IMG/VR virus record: IMGVR_UViG_2531839666_000033
Coordinates: 1 to 29,739 of that record
Strand: one strand, 5' to 3'
DNA: 29,739 nucleotides
Origin: a virus
Lineage: Duplodnaviria; Heunggongvirae; Uroviricota; Caudoviricetes
Below, one piece after another: positions 25,117 through 29,739 of the stretch (the first letter of the stretch is position 1; every line of letters begins with the position of its first letter). Below the pieces are notes generated by a model. It saw only the letters and a program-made list of their open reading frames with translations. It was not told the DNA's origin and made no database searches. The position numbers were made by a program, and so were the translations under genes.

Positions 25117-26517
25117 ATGACAGTCAGAATATCGGGTGTGCTGAAGGATGGTACGGGAAAAGCGGTACCGGGATGCACGATAGAGCTGAAAGCGCGACGC
25201 ACAACGGAGACGGTGATTGTCACCACGGTGGCGTATGGTCTGCCGGGGGAAACCGGCAGTTACAGTATGGATGTTGAGCCGGGGTTGTACCGGGTGACGC
25301 TGAACACGGAAGGGTACGCGCCGTCATATGTGGGTGACATTCTGGTGAAGGCGGATTCTGCACCGGGAACGCTGAATAAATTTCTGATGGACCTGGAAGA
25401 CGCACAGTATTACCCGAAAGCCCTTGCAGAGCTGGAAGCGGTGGCCGCGGAAATCCTGAAACGTGCGGAAGCGTCAGCGGCGAGTGCAGAGGAAGCGAAG
25501 AAACGGGCAGAGAATGCGCGGGGACCGAAGGGGGATAAGGGGGACACCGGGCCGCAGGGTATTCCCGGGCCAAAAGGCGATACCGGCGAGCGTGGGCCAA
25601 AGGGTGAGCGTGGTGAGACAGGACCACAGGGGCTTCAGGGTGTGAAAGGTGAACGGGGAGAGAAGGGCGAAAAAGGCGAGCCGGGAGGGCCGGATGCGAC
25701 GACGGCACAGAAGGGAATTGTGCAGTTAAGCAGCGCAACGGACAGTGATGATGAAACGAAGGCAGCCACCCCGAAAGCGGTGAAAGCGGCAATGGACAAA
25801 GCGGACGGATGCCTGGAGAAAGCGAAAAACGGTGACGATATCCCGGATAAGGTGAAGTTTCTGAACACCGTGGGAGCAGCCAGAGTATACGGGCGGGACA
25901 TTCATACGGAGACCGGTGAATGGACCACGAGTGAGTTTGTGGCCTGGCTGAAAGAAAAGGGGGCATTTGACCAGCCTTACTGGATGATGAAGGCATCACT
26001 GCTTGCGGAATTTAATAAGGTCATCACGGATGTCGGACCGGGAAAACTCAATCTGGGAGGCTGCGCCATTGAGGTGATGGGGACGTATAACGCAGCCATA
26101 GTCCGGGTCACCATCGGCGAATACGGTGGCGATGGTTTTCTGAACGGCACGGTCTGTACCTGTACAGTTTACGGAGACACACAACGTTTTCACTGGCGGG
26201 TGGATTACAGCACAAAAAACAAGCCCACAACAGCAAGCCTGACAGTAAATGGCTGGGAGCGTGATGAAGTAACCGGTCGTTTGCGGCAATGGGGCAGTAT
26301 TGAGGTAAGTGAGGATGATGGTAAGCTTATGACACAGCACTCTATCCGTTTTCCTGTCGCTTTTCCGGTTGCTGCTCTGAATGCTCAGGTGTCTGCAGTG
26401 GGAGACCCCCACGCCATTAAGATGTATACCCTGTCGAATCCGTCATTAGTGTCTGTGACTCTGATAACAGTCAGGGGATGCTACGGCAAGTTTTCATGGG
26501 AAGCGATCGGATACTGA
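25117..26517 (+). CDS. stf: side tail fibre protein (lambda Stf-like N-terminus) with an 18-triplet collagen-like Gly-X-Y repeat and a distinct C-terminal receptor-binding domain
   Basis: N-terminus [14 protein letters not shown]…C.I.LKARR…SMDVE.G.Y and motif [29 protein letters not shown] match lambda Stf; [57 protein letters not shown] lies at about 25521-25683. Confidence 0.85.
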   Translation: MTVRISGVLKDGTGKAVPGCTIELKARRTTETVIVTTVAYGLPGETGSYSMDVEPGLYRVTLNTEGYAPSYVGDILVKADSAPGTLNKFLMDLEDAQYYPKALAELEAVAAEILKRAEASAASAEEAKKRAENARGPKGDKGDTGPQGIPGPKGDTGERGPKGERGETGPQGLQGVKGERGEKGEKGEPGGPDATTAQKGIVQLSSATDSDDETKAATPKAVKAAMDKADGCLEKAKNGDDIPDKVKFLNTVGAARVYGRDIHTETGEWTTSEFVAWLKEKGAFDQPYWMMKASLLAEFNKVITDVGPGKLNLGGCAIEVMGTYNAAIVRVTIGEYGGDGFLNGTVCTCTVYGDTQRFHWRVDYSTKNKPTTASLTVNGWERDEVTGRLRQWGSIEVSEDDGKLMTQHSIRFPVAFPVAALNAQVSAVGDPHAIKMYTLSNPSLVSVTLITVRGCYGKFSWEAIGY

Positions 26518-26526
26518 GGGCATTGT

Positions 26527-26751
26527 ATGGAACAGTATGTTTTTTCACCGTCAGAGAATATGTTCTATCCCCTGTCCCTGCGGCCGGTTTATGAGGCAGC
26601 AGGGCGCTGGCCGGAAGACGGTATTGTGGTGGATTATGTGGTGTATAAAGTCTTTGCAGCGGATGCTGCACCGGCAGGTATGAAGCGGGGCGTCGGTGCG
26701 GAAAAAATGCCGGTCTGGGTGCCGGTATCGGAGGAGGGCACGGAAACATGA
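26527..26751 (+). CDS. hypothetical small protein between stf and tfa (possibly tail-fibre associated)
   Basis: 74-aa ORF; its stop overlaps the tfa start (ATGATG). Confidence 0.35.
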   Translation: MEQYVFSPSENMFYPLSLRPVYEAAGRWPEDGIVVDYVVYKVFAADAAPAGMKRGVGAEKMPVWVPVSEEGTET

Positions 26752-27416
26752 TGCATATCAGAAATTTTTCGTATTACACCCCGGCGGAGCCGGATGTTGC
26801 AGGCGCGATGTACCTGAAGTCTGAGGATGGTCAGGACTGGTATGAGTGTCAGGCGTTGTTTTCGCCGGAGACGCTGAAGGTGGTGTATGACAGCCGGGGT
26901 GTGATTACGGGATACGGTAAGGACACTGCGTTACTGTGGCCGGTGAACCAGAGTGTGGCAGAAGTGCCGGATACCCCGGAGAGCCGGAAAATTGACCTGA
27001 GCGGGCGCTGGGGCTTTGACGGGGAGAAAATCACGGACCTGCTGACCGCGGAGAAAGCGCGAGGGATGAAGGGCGATGAAATAAACGCGTGGCGTAATGC
27101 GATGGAAGCGGCGAACTACACGTTTGAGCACAATGGGCGTAAATGGGACTACGGGAAGTCAACGCAGACGCGTCTTGAGCCGTCGGTGGCTGCAGCGAAA
27201 GCGGGGAAACTGCCGGAGGCGTTTTTCTGGACGGATGCGGAAAACAATGATGTGCCGGTGACAGCAGAAGAGCTTATAGCGCTGAGTGAAGCGGCAGAGC
27301 AGGCGATGTTCACTAAAGGGATGGAAATCCACATTCGCCAGCGCACCATGAAGAAGGAGCTGGAAAAGCTGACCAGTGCGGATGAGATACTGGCATACAG
27401 GGTGGACTGGAAATAA
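26748..27416 (+). CDS. tfa: tail fibre assembly protein (Mu U / P2 G / Tfa family N-terminal domain) with a divergent C-terminal region
   Basis: MMHIRNF…YLKSEDGQDWYE…FSPETLKVVYDSRGVITGY…WPVNQSVAEVPDT…LSGRWGFDGEKI parallels the Mu U N-terminus (MMHLKNI…YTEDGKNWYE…FQPDTLKMAYD…). Confidence 0.8.
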   Translation: MMHIRNFSYYTPAEPDVAGAMYLKSEDGQDWYECQALFSPETLKVVYDSRGVITGYGKDTALLWPVNQSVAEVPDTPESRKIDLSGRWGFDGEKITDLLTAEKARGMKGDEINAWRNAMEAANYTFEHNGRKWDYGKSTQTRLEPSVAAAKAGKLPEAFFWTDAENNDVPVTAEELIALSEAAEQAMFTKGMEIHIRQRTMKKELEKLTSADEILAYRVDWK

Positions 27417-27421
27417 AAAGA

Positions 27422-27441
27422 AGGGGAGCGGATGCTCCCCT
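27422..27441. terminator. terminator-like hairpin (8-bp stem AGGGGAGC/GCTCCCCT, GGAT loop) after tfa; the U-rich tail is on the minus strand, the A-tract on the plus strand
   Basis: aaataaaaagaAGGGGAGCggatGCTCCCCTgatatctg; strand of function is ambiguous. Confidence 0.4.
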
Positions 27442-27906
27442 GATATCTGAGTAGTATGCTGTTTATCGTTATCATTCATCAAAAGAATATTACCGTATGG
27501 CACGGCAGCAGAACATGAAATTTGTCTCAGAACTGCAAATCAGCATTACGGGTAGTCAGGCAGATAACACAACGGGATAAAAAACAGCAAAATGCATTGA
27601 TAAAAAATTTTTACAGGTAGGTTACCGGGCGTTATGTGACGCATATCAAAAACAGAACTGTAACGGGAGATAACAGAATGATGGATTCTGGCGTGGAGTA
27701 ACGGCGCAATGCGTTCCGGGATGGTGTTTCTGAGAATGTGGCTGAAAACGCCCACAATACAGTAAGAAAAATCCTAATCGATTATATTAATTTTTACGGA
27801 ACTATTCGGAATACCCTTATGAAAGGCAACGAAGTGTCAGTATTTTTAATGTGTTCTGACACGCGTTGCTCTGTTTGTATACAAATCATTTCATAGGGTA
27901 TACCAG

Positions 27907-29178
27907 ATGAACAAAAAATTCTCTAAGACTATTCTTTCTTCTGTTGTTGCCGGACTGTTGCTGGTAAGTAGTGGGGGTGTTGCAAAAGAGATTGATATTG
28001 GTGGTAAATATAAAGTTATTCTGACAGAGGAAACAGGTTCGGCAAGGATTGTGGATATAAATACTAAAAAAGATTTATTTGATGGAATTATTAATGCGAA
28101 AACAGGCACTGTTACTACTGTAAACAAAAAAGAGATTCAATCTGCTATAGATAGTTTTTATGCCGCTAACCCAAAAATAAATAAAGATGATCCAAACATT
28201 AAACAGATGGTGGCTCAGGCTGCTGGTAATTCGGGGCGTTATACAGTCTCTTTACCCAGTGGGCTCCCTTCGTTAACGACTGAAAATATTTTCAATCTAA
28301 AAGTGACTGATATTGAAAAAATAAAATCTAATATTGATGGTGTTAATTCAGTTATCACCAGTAAAACTGCAAAAGATTACAATATTGCTATCAGTAACGG
28401 CATGAGTTCAGAAGCTGCGCTAACAGCGGCTAAAGATGGTAATGGAGCGCTGTTACAGGAATTCAACCGTCTCGGCACAAATGTAAATGACCTGAAAAAT
28501 GCCACTACATTTGCTCTTGATGAAAATGGTGAAATTACCTATGAAAAAGGAGTGGAAAGCATTCCTGTTAAGGATGTGGTTGCAGAGGTAAAAGCCGATA
28601 CAACAATTCGTAAGAACAAAGATGGCAGCTATACCCTGGATCAGACCGCGCCTGATACTGTTCGTGTGAACGCTGCAATTGTTGATCTGGATAAAAATCT
28701 GAAAGACAGAACCACTGTTGGCGTGAATTCAGACGGCAGCCTGACCACTGCTGAAGGAGCCACAAAAACTGTTGCGGTAAGTGAAGGCCTTGTTTCCCTG
28801 TCGGGAAGAACTGACCGTATTGATGCTGCGGTTGGTGGCATTGACACCCGTGTCACCAAAAACACTCAGACTATCCAGAATCACTCCCGCCAGCTGCAGG
28901 AGCATAACGCGCGGCTGAACAGTCAGCAGCGTCAGATTCGTGAAAACCACGAAGAAATGAAACGTGCTGCTGCACAGAGTGCGGCACTGGCAGGTTTGTT
29001 CCAGCCGTACAGTGTGGGTAAATTCAACGCCACCGCAGCACTGGGTGGTTACAGTGACAAACAGGCTATGGCCGTTGGTGTGGGTTACCGCTTTAACGAG
29101 CAGACAGCAGCCAAAGCAGGTATTGCAGCCAGCGACGGTGATGTATCCTACAACGTTGGTGTGAACTTCGAGTTTTAA
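27907..29178 (+). CDS. trimeric autotransporter adhesin (YadA-like C-terminal membrane anchor; possibly Eib-family immunoglobulin-binding protein), AT-rich cargo gene
   Basis: Signal peptide [26 protein letters not shown]; C-terminus [70 protein letters not shown] is a typical YadA anchor; coiled-coil stalk ([27 protein letters not shown]); AT-rich codon usage unlike the flanking phage genes. Confidence 0.8.
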   Translation: MNKKFSKTILSSVVAGLLLVSSGGVAKEIDIGGKYKVILTEETGSARIVDINTKKDLFDGIINAKTGTVTTVNKKEIQSAIDSFYAANPKINKDDPNIKQMVAQAAGNSGRYTVSLPSGLPSLTTENIFNLKVTDIEKIKSNIDGVNSVITSKTAKDYNIAISNGMSSEAALTAAKDGNGALLQEFNRLGTNVNDLKNATTFALDENGEITYEKGVESIPVKDVVAEVKADTTIRKNKDGSYTLDQTAPDTVRVNAAIVDLDKNLKDRTTVGVNSDGSLTTAEGATKTVAVSEGLVSLSGRTDRIDAAVGGIDTRVTKNTQTIQNHSRQLQEHNARLNSQQRQIRENHEEMKRAAAQSAALAGLFQPYSVGKFNATAALGGYSDKQAMAVGVGYRFNEQTAAKAGIAASDGDVSYNVGVNFEF

Positions 29179-29202
29179 TTGCGGACAGTGACATGAAGCA
29201 TG

Positions 29203-29238
29203 ACGGCAGGCAGGGGATTTGGCCTGCCGTTTTTTTCT
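29203..29238 (+). terminator. Rho-independent terminator after the adhesin gene (9-bp stem ACGGCAGGC/GCCTGCCGT, T7 tail)
   Basis: acggcaggcaggggatttggcctgccgtttttttctc, read directly from the sequence. Confidence 0.6.
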
Positions 29239-29265
29239 CATGTGAGCATGAAACAGGGGGCTGCG

Positions 29266-29739
29266 ATGAAAGTGATTCTGGCGACCCGTAACCGTTATCT
29301 GGAGTACGGTCTGCAACAGATGCTGGAAGGTTACAGGGTGATACTGGCGAGGGAATTTTTTATCCCGGAGAACAGGAAGAGTGTACCGACCCATGATGAG
29401 TCCTGGGTGATTATCTGTGATGCTATGGTGAGTCGTCTGATGCGCTGTATGTTTCAGGGACGCCGTTATCTTCAACTGGATGCGGAGGAGATTACAGGGC
29501 GTCTGGAAACGGACAGGAAAATCCGTAACGGTGACTGGGAACAGAACACATACGCACGTCCGCTGACGATGTCAGAGATGGTGGTGATGTTTGGTTATGT
29601 ATACCGGGAGTCAAAGCCGTGTCATCTTGCCCGTGAAATGGGAATTCACACGAAGACAGTGAACACCTTTCTGTATATGGGGCTTGGTAAAAACGGCCTG
29701 AGGTACAGAAGTGTGAAGCATCTTGTGGGGCGGGCATAG
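29266..29739 (+). CDS. putative LuxR/GerE-type HTH transcriptional regulator (about 157 aa)
   Basis: C-terminal PLTMSEMVVMFGYVYRESKPCHLAREMGIHTKTVNTFLYMGLGKNGL fits a degenerate LuxR-type HTH (…KTV…); AGGGGG RBS 5 nt upstream of ATG 29266 (ATG 29248 is in frame but falls within the terminator tail); stop at the window end. Confidence 0.5.
   Translation: MKVILATRNRYLEYGLQQMLEGYRVILAREFFIPENRKSVPTHDESWVIICDAMVSRLMRCMFQGRRYLQLDAEEITGRLETDRKIRNGDWEQNTYARPLTMSEMVVMFGYVYRESKPCHLAREMGIHTKTVNTFLYMGLGKNGLRYRSVKHLVGRA

Noticed and set aside
24981-25277. 98-aa plus-strand ORF
   Set aside because: Spans the terminator hairpin and overlaps the stf start out of frame; stf is clearly the real gene.
25220-25999. 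259-aa minus-strand Pro/Ser-rich ORF
   Set aside because: Reverse complement of the collagen-like Gly-X-Y repeat region of stf; an artefact of repeat composition.
28729-29475. 248-aa minus-strand ORF
   Set aside because: Antisense to the adhesin gene and spans its terminator; the plus-strand gene has a signal peptide and YadA anchor, so the minus ORF is spurious.
1-29739. CRISPR arrays, tRNA or rRNA genes, integrase or att site
   Set aside because: No regularly spaced short repeats, no cloverleaf-like tRNA candidates and no integrase-like ORF were seen; the window covers only the late region of the prophage.

Overview
This window is the late (lysis, packaging, head, tail) region of a lambda-like (lambdoid) prophage of an enterobacterial host, E. 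coli-like, almost entirely on the + strand; gene identities were assigned by recalling lambda, phage 21 and Mu protein sequences from memory, with no database search run. Order: 3' end of a large late-region ORF; small ORFs; a phage-21-type lysis cassette (S21-like pinholin, SAR endolysin, Rz/Rz1 spanins) with extra small ORFs inserted between holin and endolysin and between endolysin and Rz; a divergent Arc/Mnt-like ribbon-helix-helix gene; the cos site (cosN 5116-5127); terminase Nu1/A; head genes W-B-C/Nu3-D-E-FI-FII; tail genes Z-U-V-G/G-T-H-M-L-K-I-J; a collagen-repeat side tail fibre plus assembly protein; then an AT-rich cargo module with a YadA-type trimeric autotransporter adhesin (possibly Eib-like) and a LuxR-type regulator. 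The most interesting signals are non-coding inserts in the tail region: a 425-bp I-J insert (direct repeats, a small ORF, convergent terminators, an antisense promoter) and a 480-bp J-stf insert replacing lom that ends in a CA-rich tract plus strong terminator, a candidate Hfq-type sRNA. Rz, L, K and J each carry a single-base frame disruption inside a mononucleotide run, which suggests homopolymer sequencing or assembly error rather than a decaying prophage. No rRNA, tRNA, CRISPR array, integrase or att site was found in the window.
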